Shown here piece after piece: positions 49,801-63,682 of a stretch of DNA of 64,000 nucleotides. Below the pieces are notes generated by a model. That model was not told where the DNA came from and searched no databases. It worked only from the letters and a program-made list of their open reading frames with translations. Positions within the stretch are counted from its first letter, which is position 1. Each line of letters opens with the position of its first letter. Source of the DNA: Phallusia mammillata (taxonomy: Eukaryota). Both the position numbers and the translations under genes were made by a program. The stretch is from NCBI GenBank assembly GCA_965637545.1, contig OZ281497.1, positions 21,452,001-21,516,000 on the forward strand, read 5' to 3'.

Positions 49801-52800
49801 GTCTTTGTTTTTTGCCGGCAAGTCTTTAACTTTAGTTTATTGCAGATAAGTTTAAGAAAAAATAGTTGCTCTTCGTTTACGCATAGTGACAGATATCCTT
49901 TGGGCAATAGTGATTTCGAATAATTAAATGAAAAGTCACGTGTTTACAAAACGAAACAGCTTCGAAATTTTTCGGATGACTCATAAATTGCGGTTTGCGA
50001 AAATTTCCCATGCTTTCACCTGAGAATGACACAAAGTTGTTGACAAAATTCCGGGTCACTGACTGCCTTGGTACTGTTGTTATCTCAACTACCATCAACC
50101 TGATACGGCACTCTGCCAAAAAACCTAAATCCATCTCGTAACACACCTTAGCACAGTGATCTTCCAGGGATCAACTCATATGACATTTTGACAATTTCCA
50201 TATAGCTAGTTTTTGAATCCGCTGAGTTTATTGACCGTGTTAAAAGGTTACTATGATTTAAACCCCGTTAAACTTTTAATATGCACATACTGGTAAATTT
50301 GTGAGCCTTCGAGAACACGCTTTGTATGTCCGTGTTGAAACTGGTACAAAGCTTAATGTCCCCTATTTGTATTTTGCGTTTAAGGTGTAAATGCAAAGGA
50401 AACGTTTTTTTCATGTGTCAGACCATTTTAAATTTCACTAATACTTAAAATAAGAAAAGTTAAAGTTTTGCTTGTGGAGGATTTTAAAAATCTGTTTTTG
50501 GAAATTTGCTCATGAAACAATTGACTTTTTCGCAAAACCAAATATTTTGAAAGTTCATTCTTTATTTTCTTCCTTTTTTAAGCAAGTTGCGAAGGCAAAA
50601 TATTTTTGTACGTTTTAACAGATTAATTTTTTCACTAACACACAAAGTTAGAAAAAAATATTTAGCAGATTTTGCTTATGCAGGATCGTTAAAATCTCTG
50701 TGGTAATTTTATGCGGCGACCAAACTCATAAAACGATAAAAATGTTGACGGTCTCAAAACCCACTGAAAAAACTGGCTTAAAAAATTTATACATAATTCC
50801 ATCATTAGTGGATTTGCAGCCTCTGCAGCTTCTGCTTGTCATTGTTTGCAAAACAATGCGATAGGGCTGGCTGGGATTGGTACCGTGTTGCCGCAACCCA
50901 GTTGTTTATGCCAAAGACTCAGATCACATTGCCATCTTGAGTGCATACAAATGACAGATCACAAGATAGTGACATTAGCGTCGAAGAGGCCATTTAGCTG
51001 CTCGCTTCACAATTGATTGCAGTCTGATTTCAGGTTTTGGGTCCAAAGTTTATTGGGTTTGGTGAATTAGCGCGCAGCGACTTGAAAGCGTTTAACATCG
51101 CTGCGGTTTTCTTGCCTTAATATCCCGAATTATCTGTTATGACTGGATAATTACCATCAGGGTAAAGGGTTGTTGCGGTATGAATGTGTTATCAGCATTT
51201 TGTTGTGTAAATATCGCATTATTCTCTAAAATGCCCAATGAAAACGCACGTGTTACCACAGTTATGCAAATGCTTGCGTGTTTTACAATTTTAACACAAA
51301 TTATTGCTGTTTTGTCACTTGACGTTCTTCAATGCTAAAAATTTGGACTTTTCGGTTCGTTTTTGACGTTTGGAAAATGGCTGTTCGTTCGGAAAATTGG
51401 TTGATTTGTTTTCAAAAACAGGCTTTTTTTGCAAATAAGTCGAATGTACATTTCATCTCCAATTTCTGTGTCGCCATTTTGACTTTGCATTATTTAATAG
51501 TCGCAAAGGACTTGGATTAGAAATTTGTGTTTTAAACTTATGCAGGCAAACGTAGCAGTCCAATGGTGGAGACGTGTCCTGTATGTGGAATAACAGTTCG
51601 TCCATCCGAGGTGATTCCGCATATGCGACAGGAACTTGAAAGCCTTGAAAGAATACCAAGGTACTTCAAGTCCTGAAAAAAATGTGATCACACGCTTGTT
51701 TATGTATGTTTCATAATGATGGTGCAGATTTGTTAAAAACAGTATTTTGCTACTGTGTGAAAATAGAATTATAAACTATAGTGTTTTGAGATAAGTTTTT
51801 CGTTTTCCATGTAGTAATCTAATGTTACAAATCTATCGACCTAACTGCTATAATTTCGTATTTAATCCAATGCTTATCTTGTTTATCATAAATGTCTGCA
51901 CTAAATCAGGTAAAACCGTTTCTCCTAAGAGACATCATGCATTTTTGACCATCAGCCTAAACAAGAGATTAGTTTATATCCGGGAATAGCATGTCGTCAC
52001 ACACCAACAATGAATGACGTACAATTGACGTCAGTTTGATTGACATTGTTGTTTTCCGAGCAGCCTGGAGCGCCTAATAATGGTTTTTAGTTTGTTGCCA
52101 TTTGATCGACTACATGACATTATCGCGACACAGTCCTGATTGCAATGTCACGATTTCAATTTCGTTGACCTTGAAATGAGGTGACGTAAACATCCCTCAA
52201 TGACGTAAACATCTCCTAATCTTTGCCTTTCTGTTCTCCCAGTGAAACAAGAAAGAAAATTACGAATTATCGAAGAAGTTCGGCTGAGAGGAGGTCAGCG
52301 ACTTTCAGGTGTCCTGGAGTAAGTGTATGTTTTCATTTGCAAGTCAATTTTTGGGATTATTTTTGTGTAATATAGAGTTCGATTTTTAGTGCAAAAAACA
52401 CCACTGCGATTTTTGAAACGTAAGCAATGTATGTATTGTGTATAGCAGATGCCGACTTGACTCCTTTAGGCATACGACCCTTTGTGTTCTGATAATAGAT
52501 GTATAATTTCTTTCAAAATGTTTCTATTTTTGGGTTCATTTAGGTCAGTCTATGTGATTGGGCACAATTATTAATGAGGATAACTGACTTATGGCTTGCG
52601 GCCAATTTTCTGTATGTTAGTGATCATGCGTTTTTCCTAAAAAATGATTTTCGTCCAAATCCGGCGTGCACCACCCGACATACAAAACTTCTTTCAATTC
52701 TGTTTTTTGATTTTATATTTTCATTGACTTTTTGAGAAGTTTGTTGGAAACAAAAACTTTTTCAAACGGTCGGGGAACCTTTACTGCCTTATTCAGGTCT

Positions 52801-55800
52801 ATTCGATATTAAGCCAAGCATTTGTCATTCTACACACAATGTGTTTTGCAAACCTAAACCTTGAATGTTAAGTTTGTTTTCAAATTAGAACTGTAAACGA
52901 GCCTAAACTCAAGACAGTTAATCGATCAAGAATTCGTTTGATCTTTCCAACTGTTATTGGGTTTTCGGAACCGCGGACAATTAAAAAGTGCGCAATCCCT
53001 GCGATTCACATCTCAACGCAAACCAGAAACTGAAGCACACAACCAGCGCAGTGTGTTCGCGCCCAATAAGCCATTACGATACAAGCTGCCGCATAAACAA
53101 ACACCGATCCTGCTTGCTAATTACCCTAAAGTTACTCATAACTGTAGATAACATCAGTGAAGATTAAACGGATCTCGTCAATTAAACTCCCATTACCGGG
53201 TTGTCGCTTCACGCCGTGGGCAACCTGAGGCCGTCTACTGCGGTCTGGAAGTCAAGGGCTTAGGGATAGGAGACTTTATTTAGCAGCCAACGGTATGTTA
53301 TCGCACTTAAGACTTTACTGCCTCTTTTTTCCCAGTCAACCTCGGCCACGAGTGCCACCTCCAGCAACAAGCGCTTGTCTGATCGTGACCTCTCACCCAA
53401 GACCAACAGGAATAATCGACGAAAGGTATTTGCTCATAATATGTGTTTTGACAGTTCAAGTTTTACTGTTGCAGTGTCAATTAAGTGACTACACCTAAGT
53501 GACTAAAACTAATGTAAGGCTCAGTCATAAATGGGCCTCATAATGCTCAACAAGCAAAAATACACATTACCAAACGGCAGCACAGTTTGTTACAGCGATT
53601 AATACACAAGTGCAGTGGTTCGTAACGGTTTTTCTTGTCGACACACCCGTTAAGCCACCAACAGGTTTTAGAACCCCTTGTTGTATTTTGCGCAAAATTC
53701 TTAATTTTCCATGGCGTTAGATTCTCGATCTTGGTACCTGCCAGGAACGCACCCATAATGAAGTTTAACAGTGTGTATTGTGCTATAGCGGTACCGAATT
53801 ATTAAATTAGTGGTGCACACGATTGTTTCGTAATTGGCGAGCTCTAAACGCCACTTTTTCGAAATACTTGACATTACCAAATCGGCTAAATTTGGGTTGG
53901 GCCGAAACCCAATATTCGCCCGTTTTGCCAAACAAATTTAGTCGTTGAAAGTAATACTGTATTCCAGGTGTTATTCATTGTTGGGTAGCTGGATTTAAAT
54001 AGCTGCTTAAACATGCTTTTGGTTACACGGCTATGCTTGAGCTAATGAGAGTTTATGCATTTGGAAAACATGATGCAGAAATTACGTTATCGACGTGTTG
54101 ATCTCACAGCCAAGGCTTTCAATGTACTTAAAATGATCAAAAAAGTAAAAACTCGGATATGAGTTAGTTTTTTCAAATAGAATCGTATACTAGTAGTCTC
54201 TGCGCAAACATCTCGCTGGTGGCAGTAAATTATTATCAAGTTTTCAAAACGTTTTGACAACATGTTTAATTAAGCCAGTCTGTTCTCATTCCGTCACGCC
54301 GTAACTATGTCCGAAATCGCGATGTCGTGTTGCAAAATCCCACAACTGATAAGAGGTCGCTTTAACCAATCTCACACACCCGAATGAGTAATAGAGTGTG
54401 GAGGCCGGCTGTGGGCAATGACAAGCCCAAGCCACAAAACAAAATGTCGCCGTGGTGTTATCGAGCAACACGCTCTCGTCCGTCACAGGTCGGTCTTCTC
54501 TCTATGATGTCTTGTGTCTTATCGATGTTGGCAAACAACACCTCCCAATGTGGGAATGCCGTGCGGTACTGGCGGGATGGGCAGAATAAGCTTAATCAAA
54601 ACCGATCGTAAATCATATTACCCTCTGCTACTGTAATTATTGATAGCCGGTTCGGCGCACTGGCGGGAAATATTGGATAATAGGAAAGTCAGCGCAACTG
54701 ATTGTGCAGGGTTTTATGATGAATTCACTGCTCAAGTCCCCTTTTATTCGTCGGACTTGACATTACATGATTTGTAAATGGGATGTTTTTAGTCTTGTTT
54801 GAGGGCGATAAATGAAACACAACACATGTTTTTGCTTTTATCCTTAATTTAAGTTATATATATCATAAAATAACGATCGGAAAAAATCTGATGCAATCAA
54901 AACTGGTCTTGACAATACTTTCTAGGCCAGTCTTTTTGACTGAAATGAAAACGCTATCAAAACTCGAATCTAGTTCACTGTAAACGCCTCAACGTGAGTT
55001 CACTCAAAGGTCAAATGACCAAGTCCAATCCTAAAGGCTTGATTTACAACACGGCATGGAGCGATTTCTGCACCTGTCCAACACGCCTATAACGCACACA
55101 CCAAACAGCCGTCGTCACCATGGCAACCGCGCCCGGTCGCGCGTCAGGACTGCTTGTGACGTCACGTGGCGCGTTATTAATTGTCGCGACGAGTTACGGA
55201 GGCCCAAGCCGCACCGAGGACCCAGGTTTATTAATGGCTCTTTAAACCTCACTCTTCGTGTTGCCGACGCAGTACTGGTGATTCGCTATTTGGCTTGGCA
55301 CTTGTGCTAGGACGTTCGGCGCGTTTGATAATCTCCCATTTGCCGCGCAATAACGCGTCCCAACGATTTACGACACCATTTGTAACGCTCGCTTCGAAGA
55401 CTCAATCTTCAGGTTGTATTTCCCGGCCAATCAATGAGTCCTTTGCGCTCCGTCGGCCAGATCTGTTTCGTTGTTTGATCATCAGGTATTTTTACCGGCA
55501 GTGGTACGGTTTAATGTCTTGTGGGAAAACCATGACGTTGAACTGTTTACCTATTGGTTTGAACTTTACCTAATACCGATGAGCTACAATGCTGTCAGTG
55601 CTAAATGTGGAACAACTATACCCTTGTGGGGTCAAATGTTCACTGACCTTAAAAATTTCTTGAAAAAGATTCTCCCTATTTCCTTTTATGATTTGTTTTG
55701 CTTATGACTCCGGCGGCCTCCACTGAGGGTTGTGACAAAATTCAAGAGTATATAGTGAACGCTTGTTTTTCCCCACATACATATAGAGCAGAGGTCCTCA

Positions 55801-58800
55801 ACATAGGGAAAACGTACACCCAATAAAGAATTTCGGCCTTTTTGTAATGAATAGGAATAACAAACTTTGCGGGATTGATAGAAACAAGAGGGTAAATTTT
55901 TCTTTAAAATACGAAAAAATGGGGTAAATACGAAAACAATTGAGAGCTTATACAGTAGTATTGGGCAACATAAATTCCTATGATAAAATGCGTCATGACA
56001 CTTTGCTTTGGAATAGGAAGTTTCGGTATTGTAACTGAAGTAGGTAATAAAATTTAGTTTTTCATATTAAAGTGCTATAGCAAACCACGGGAATTGTGTG
56101 TGTTATTCCAGAGTAAGCCACTTTTTTCCCTTTAATATTCAGGGTCAGCATGATATAGATTGTTCTGTAATCGAAGGGCTTACGACGCTCAACACCTTTA
56201 ACTCAGTTCGTTTTTCAATGCAAAAAATCCATTTTACCCCCAAATCGGCCCACACACTCGAATTTACGTCGGCGACAAGGCTATAATTGCCCTGCGACAT
56301 TACCGGGTCTTGCTCTCAGGTAAAATCTAATTAGCCATCGACCACTGCACGTCGCAAGTCGAAAGGTCGTTATTGTTCCGTATGTCGTAGGCTCGTTCTG
56401 ACAGCCGCAGCTCCGCTGATTTATGGCGTTCCAATCCAACGACGCGCATTTAAACGCTTCCATCGCGAATTAGTGACGACCGTTCGATTTCTGTCCAACG
56501 ACTTGTGCGATAAACGATTTGGCACCCAGGGAATCAGGCCTTTCAGAAGGGTCCTGATTTCTAATAGGCAATGATTGATCACCTTCGGCACCGAGCCTCA
56601 TATGTCCGGACGACGGCGTCGGGCACTTATTTGTGAATCTAATGTTCTGCTTTACGATTTGCTGTGCTTGCGCTACGCGGCGCGGCGGATTTAATATTTC
56701 GCTTTGCCTTGTTTTCGATTTAGATGAATGGATTAGGAACGTGCCCCCGCTGGGTTTATTGTAACACTATAGTCGACGTGGAGCCTCAAGACAGGTTGAA
56801 AGGTTCAGTCCTGAAATAAGAAACTGTTTGTTTTTGCGGCATGTGAAAATAGGCGGAATGTCTTTTCGTGATGATAGTAGATAGTGATGATTTGGAAAAC
56901 AGTGGGGTATCTTCGGGGAGGGCGATTCCCTTTGGGGTTTGTAACTTGCAGTTTTGTTTGGGTATTCTAACATAAAGACTTTTTTTTAGTACCTCACCCT
57001 GTACCAGTTAACCTACAAAACTAAATAAACAGATAATCCTGTTTTTATCACGCTTTATTCCAACATAATTTTTAGGCATAAAGAAAATTATAAACAAAAA
57101 ATTAACTTTGATTTGACTTACGATAAATTATCAATTTCCGATTTTTTTGTTTTGGGGGCTGCGTGAAAGCATTGTATTTTGAGCATTGCTGTTTTAACAC
57201 CAAATACAAATATTCAGTACTGAAACGAAATAAATTATTGGATATTGTTTTATACATACAGTGCAGAAGTTTTCAACAGGCAAAATTGGTTGTGCCATAG
57301 CAATTATTCTGGTCTCAAGAGTTTACTTTAAACTGAAATATATTTTCTCAAAAAATACTTGACAAACGTTTCGTCCTCCAGGTTGCATATTTTACCACGC
57401 CAGGAGAAATACAAGTTTCTTTAAACTCCCTTTTCATTGACACAGACATATCAGAAAGTACGAAGCAACCGAGTTGACCGTCTCAACACTCGAGTGGGTC
57501 AATGCATTCCACCACACAACGTATCATCGTCCTTTTTCGGCAGCACCGGGCACCTCTGGGCAGCATCGACCAGCAATGGCTCCGGTCATTTGGAAGATGC
57601 TTGTTGCCCGGTATGCTCGTCACGCATCAGTGGTTCCCTGTCATCCGTGAACGACCACGTGGAAGCTTGTTTACGTCGGGTATGTAAAGTAGGGTGGCAG
57701 AAATATGAGATTGTATATGAAACTGAAAACTAATATATCAATGGCTTTGTCAAGTAAATGTCATCGGCATACAGTGCGTCAAGAAAGTGGCGCTGCTTCC
57801 TAAATATTTTTTCTTATTATTTTACATATTTTACAAACGTATGTTGAAACAAAGAGGGTGGAAAGAGAAATTAATTTGTCTAAAAAAATTAGCAAATTAA
57901 AACGAAGAACACCACTATTACATAAAAACACTGTTTTCTAACAAAAAATGCCATTTTTACCCAACTAGTGACAGAAATATTAATCACATGTCAACGGCAT
58001 TTTATTCATCTACAAATATACAACAAAGCGAACTGGCAAGGTCAGGTCACGTTTGTTTGTCTTTCATCTTTCACAATTCAATATATTGCGCTTAGTCGCT
58101 TCGGAATTTCAACGTCAGAGGCAGATGTGAAACTAAAGGGAGACCCCGAAACTGAAGGTTTTAAATAAAAATCAATCAAAGCGACACGAAACGCTAGGCG
58201 ACAAGTGCAAAATCAATCTAAAGGCAACAATATGCTAGAAGGAAACCAGAAAACAATATAATAGGAGGATAAAAAACTTCGAAATTAAGCTCACAAAAAT
58301 TAAAGATTTCGGACATAGAGTTTTGTAAAAAATGTGTGCATATTGTAATGTAATATCAAACATTTTGGTAGTTGTTCTGGCGGCTAAATTATTGTTTTGT
58401 TTTTTTTGTGACTTAAACGATTCTTTTACGATAGTGGCTGTAAGCACTATGGGCCTTTTATTAGTTTGGAAACGCAATGGCGCTGCTACATTCTGACATA
58501 ATCAGTACATTCCTATTCAAATTTACACACACAAAAAAAACTACGAAGTATTATACGAAAAAACACCACTTTTGTCAAGTTATAATTTGGACTATTAAAT
58601 TTAAAAAAATTCAACAACTAATTATGGTGTTTGTTTTCCTTTATCTCATGTCAACAAGTAAATTAAGCAAACCACTTTTTTGTGTTTAAAGCAAAGAGCC
58701 GCGTCCCGTCAAGTCGACGAGGAAGAGCTGGTTGATGTGGAAGGAACCTTGGACGTGCCGAGTCACAATTACGGCAGTTCGAGTGGTCCTGGATCAAACG

Positions 58801-61800
58801 ATGATGATCGAAGCAACAAAAGCTTCGGTTCCGAGTACGAGTGGTGCGGACAGTCGCGGGTTCGAGTCTCGGCGCTGGCGGAAAGCGCTTCACGACTCGC
58901 CTCCAGCTCGGGGTATCACTTGATACGACCATCATCGCCCGGAAACGACCAGGTTGGCACTACAGTTGCTGTTATTTTGGTTTTTAAGTGGTAACTTACA
59001 CTGCAGAACAAAAATGCTTTATAAATTAATTTTCAGTGAATACGATTTTATGTGAGATTTTACAACGGCCAAAGTATCAATGAATTTGTAAAAATCTTGT
59101 TTTAAATTACTCTCTGTAACACAAAGATTTGGTATTTTTTAACTTGTAAAATAAGTCTTCTGGATTGGATCCTAAAATATATTGTCTGTTTTTCTACAAA
59201 ATTGCATCTAAAATCAAAGACCTACTTGTACACTATGCGCTAGTGCAGGGGTCACCAAACTTTTTTCGCCGCGGGCCGGATAAGTTTAATGATAATTCGC
59301 GCGGGCCGCATAGTTTACCCCAGTGGTCTTCAACCTTTTTTATAGGCGACCCATATTTAAGGGAAAATGAAATCAGAATTTACATGCGACCCCATTTTTT
59401 TCAACACTGAGAAAAAATGTTTTAAGTAATGCTGAACGGAAAGACTATTACACAAACTGTACATAATTACCAACAAATATGGCGATACAAAAGTATTACG
59501 AAAAAAGTTTTAAGGCGTTTCATTAAAGACATAAACCCAATTTTTGGAACACAAACTTGTCAAATTGTTCAACATTTCGTTTGCACTGTTAGTGAAATGG
59601 TTGCGCCTGTATACTGTCCACGAATTTTTGAAGCCGCGGCTTGACTTTGCACAAGCTTAACCGCATGTTATGCTCCACTTCCAATCGATTACGATGTTTC
59701 GTTTTTAATACACTCATTGCACTAAATCCTGCTTCACACAGCCACGTGGTTAAAAACGGGATTAGAAAAATTTGGCATAGTTGGGTACCTTGCAGAAATA
59801 ACTATTCACTCGTTCTGGTGTCACCTTAAATAAGACAACCTTATAGTGTTGAGTCATAATACACATTGTCCAAACCCATTGTTACGCGAAAGAGGCATTT
59901 TCTGTTTTTTCACTACCACGATTTAATTGCAACAGGTAGCAATCTGTACTACAAAACAAGAGCAAAAGAACATAATATTAGTTTCATTTTCTGTTATCAA
60001 TTTTAAAATGCAATAAATTAAATTCGGCGACTTATTGCGACCCCAGAAAAAGTTTAGGCGACCCCACTTGGGGTCGCGACCCATAGGTTGACGACCACTG
60101 GTTTACCCCATGCTCTAACGCCGTCTCCAAACTTAGCCCGCGAGGCAATTTTTTAATTTTTACTACACCCATTTAAAATCCGGTGATGCGACTATTAATT
60201 GTATAGTTAGTTTTATTTGGAAAGCAATGCTTGTATATTACGTCACAAGCAAAAACGAAGGCAATTGTTTGCGCACAATTGACACTTGTAGTCTTGTCTG
60301 TGACGTAACAAATTGACTTTGGATCAATCCTGGACGTTGTAATCCTTTGAAACTGGGCAAAATCAATTCTACATTTCGCGACAGGAAAAGTTTCGTAAGG
60401 AGTAGATTAATTTTTGAATGTTGCAAAGTTATCAATACGATTTGGCAAACCAAAAAATGTGGTCACGGGCCGGATGAAATGACCTCGCGGGCCGGATCCG
60501 GTCCGCGGGCCGTAGTTTGGTGACCCCTGCGCTAGTGTCTCGCGTAAACACAACGTCTTCGCTTAAAACTTTAGGTGCATCACATTTGTTTCAACAGCAA
60601 CAGAAAATCTTGCAAATAGCTTGTGTTTTTATGGGTCCCCTTCTATGAAGGAGACACATATTGTTTTTGTCCGTTTTTTTTCCTTTTTTTCTTTTTTCTG
60701 TCTAACGCTGGTTTGTTAAACGCGTTTGGTCAAGAAAGAGTGCTCCAAATTTATTAACATTTATACAGATGTTACATATTAATCCAAATTTGATCCTCCT
60801 GAAGTTTGACCCCGAATGACCCAGCAGTTCACCCGCAGGCCCCCAAATCGTATTTTTTTTAAAAACGGCTGTACTGACTAAAGTACAGCATCTCTGAGTG
60901 ATATGCTTTGTTGTTTGGTGCAATATAAGATAATTTAAAGAATTTTGTATCTTTTTTTTCGATTCACCCATTTTCACCCCTTAAACCCCCAAATATTCAT
61001 TTCTGTCTAACTCTGGTTTGTTAAATGCGTTTGGTCAAGAAAGAGTGCTTTAAATTTATTCAAATTTGGACAGATGTTAGTTATTGTTCCAAATTTGATC
61101 CTCCTGAAGTTTGACCCCAAACGACCGAGCGGTTCACCCACAGGCCCCCATAACGAAAAAAATTAAAACAGCTGTACTGACTAAAGTACATAATCTGAGA
61201 GTTTCATGCTTTGTTGGTTGGTGCAATGTAAGGTATTCTAAAGAATTTTGTAACTTTTTATTGGATTTACCCATTTTACCCCTTAAACCCCAAAAAATAT
61301 TGGAACTACAGATCCTTTTATTTTTGTTTTTTAGTTGTAACTTACAATGCAGAACAAAAATGCTTTATAAATTAATTTTCAGTGAATACGATTTTATTTG
61401 AGATTTTACAACGGCCAAAGTATCAATGAATTTGCAAAATCTTGTTTTAAATTACTCTCTGTAACACAAAGATTTGGTATTTTTTAACTTGTAAAATAAG
61501 TCTTCTGGATTGGATCCTAAAATATATTGTCTGTTTTTCTACAAAATTGCATCTAAAATCAAAGACCTACTTTTACACTATGTGCTAGTGTCTCGCGTAA
61601 ACACAACGTCTTCGCTTAAAACTTTAGGTGCATCACATTTGTTTCAACAGCAACAGAAAATCTTGCAAATAGCTTGTTTGTTTTTTTTGTAATGCTTTCG
61701 AAACCGCGAAGTTTAGAAAATACCTTTGATTTCAATATAACTATGTTTAAATCCGTTTTCAGTTTCTCAACGTTGAAGCTGACGACACACAGTCATTTGG

Positions 61801-62595
61801 GCCCGTCCAATTTACTGAAGAAGACCTTAACTCGTGTCGTACTAACACCGATCACACAGAAGAGAACAAGACCTCTAAGTCTGAGTAAGCATATAATTTT
61901 TCTTTTGGAGGTCCAGAAATAGTGGGTTTGGGTCGCTGAAAATTGATACACAGCACTTACAAATGACGATAAATTTTTGTCATGTTTTCTGGCGTAAGTA
62001 CATGGAACTTAGTGTACACCATAAGAGAGTGGCTTCTTCTTGCCTTCGCTTGCGTTGGGTGGTTTCGTTGTCACACAATGAACCTTCTCTTTTTGCTGTT
62101 TTGACAGTAGCCTCCCTGTAACCTCGTTTGCCAATACATCCAGCTCAACCGACCCTGAATCACGGGACAGTACGGATGACCATGTATCTCCGCTCGAAGA
62201 CGCCACCGAGCGGTCACTTCGCTGCAACATTTGCATGGTAACTAAATCATAGGAAAACAACTTAAAGTCTCAAGCCAGACTGACAGAATTTTGCGAACGC
62301 CATTCTTGCAGTGTTTGCATTTTTTTCGGGCGTTTATATTTACGTTTACTGCCATTTATGGATAAAGGCAACACCGTATTTTTTTTATCTTATTTTAACT
62401 TTTGTTATAGTGTTTCCATTTTGAACTCATGACTCAACTTAATTTCAGGATACCTACACTGACCCTGTAGCGTCCATCCAGTGTTGGCATGTGCACTGTG
62501 AACGTTGCTGGCTCCGAGCTCTCTCTGTTAAGAAGCTTTGTCCCCAGTGCAACGCGATAACCACCGCCACCAAATTAAGAAGAATCTTTCTTTGA
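43802..62595 (+). CDS. RNF220: E3 ubiquitin ligase RNF220 (~746 aa, 16 coding exons)
   Basis: Exons 43802-43808, 43900-43948, 44345-44601, 44752-44852, 45133-45229, 48198-48524, 48593-48679, 48756-48896, 51546-51660, 52243-52318, 53336-53425, 57446-57679, 58692-58952, 61763-61884, 62108-62237, 62449-62595 (2241 nt, in phase). Motifs CPVC..VRPSE..HMRQELE, TYQKVRSNR, EYEWCGQSRVR, RING CNICM..SIQCWHVHCERCWL..KKLCPQC..LRRIFL. Confidence 0.92.
59246..60529. mobile_element. hAT MITE (outer) in an RNF220 intron
   Basis: TIRs CAGGGGTCACCAAACT ... AGTTTGGTGACCCCTG; perfect TSD cgctagtg at 59238-59245 and 60530-60537. Confidence 0.93.
59321..60100 (-). mobile_element. Inner hAT deletion derivative carrying a Buster transposase C-terminal remnant
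   Basis: TIRs CAGTGGTCTTCAACC ... GGTTGACGACCACTG; TSD gtttaccc at 59313-59320 and 60101-60108. Minus strand reads IPFLTTWLCEAGFSAMSVLKTKHRNRLEVEHNMRLSL...QAQPFH. Confidence 0.92.
60628..61310 (+). repeat. Element with 5' hairpin, T/C-rich tract and two ~305-bp tandem units (HINE/Helentron-like)
   Basis: atgggtccccttc-tat-gaaggagacacat hairpin inserted in a T-tract; repeat units at ~60695-60998 and ~61001-61300. Confidence 0.55.
61325..61680 (+). repeat. Second copy of an intronic direct duplication (first copy ~58975-59245 plus 60538-60625)
   Basis: Near-identical sequence; the MITE target site is empty here (cactatgtgctagtgtctcgcg). Confidence 0.9.
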
Positions 62596-63682
62596 GGAAT
62601 AATATTAACTCCCTTCAATACCGACTAGGCTGCCTAAAAACCAATAGAAATCTGGAAATTATGATCCAAGTGTTAAATGTTTTTTCAACTTACATAAAAC
62701 TGTCTGACTGTTTTCGTTAAATGTAAATATATTCGTTCTTTCTTTGCTTTTTCTCTCGCTAAAATTTCTTATGTGATCAGAATGGACCTAGTTTATAGAC
62801 CACAAAACTTGTTTACAGCCCATTTCACTTCGAGATGGTATGAATGTTTTTGGATTTGTGTTGATGCAAATCTGTGTGACACTTGTGGTCTGTTTTCGTG
62901 TCTTCGTTTACTTCTTGCTGTGTTTTTGCATGTTATCTGTTGTGGACTGCTTGTTCTACCCTTCGTTACTATTAAACGAAACCTGCTAAAATGTTGTCAC
63001 TTTTTTATGCAAATGATACATTTTGAACTTTCTTTTTTTCTAAAAATGATTAAAACCTTGCCAACGTAGTTAAGGTAATTACAAGGAGTTCGAAAAAACG
63101 GGTATGGCTTGTCGGAGAATAAAATGCTTGACGGTCAATAGTTTAATACCATGCTCCAGGAATAGGAATCGTATCTTGTTTTTATTTATCACAGGCAATA
63201 ATAAAAGTTTCTGCAGAACCAGAATTCACAAAAAAATAATCGCTGCGCTCATCCAGACACGATCCTGATTTCTGAGGTCATGTGTTTTTATGTAAATAAA
63301 TAAACTTGAAATGAAGGTATTTCATTAGTTTTAGCTGCTAATTATTAAGTCTTTACTCTGCTTATGTTGCGTTAAATTACCACAGAAAAATATTTTGTTT
63401 CTTTGAACCTTGGCCTTGCCTCTTGAAATGGGAACTAAAGTTGAGCAACTTGCGGCAAAATAACGTCAATTTTGCAAGCGTTTATCAATGTTTTTGCAAA
63501 AATCTCATGCAAATGTATACGAACTATAGTTCTTTTTATGATGGGAGAACAATTACTTGTATCAATTTGCATATATTTGCAACAGTTAGCAAATAAAATT
63601 AAGAAGTACTGAAGTAGTACTAAGATTCATCTTTTTTCTGTTAATGTTTTAGAAATATATTGGTGCACATAAAGTTTGCACC

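Noticed and set aside
55789-55950. Possible degenerate hAT MITE
   Set aside because: TIRs and TSD too decayed to support.
59165-61692. Duplicated MDPKIYCLFFYK ORFs as a small gene family
   Set aside because: Non-ATG starts inside an intronic duplication.
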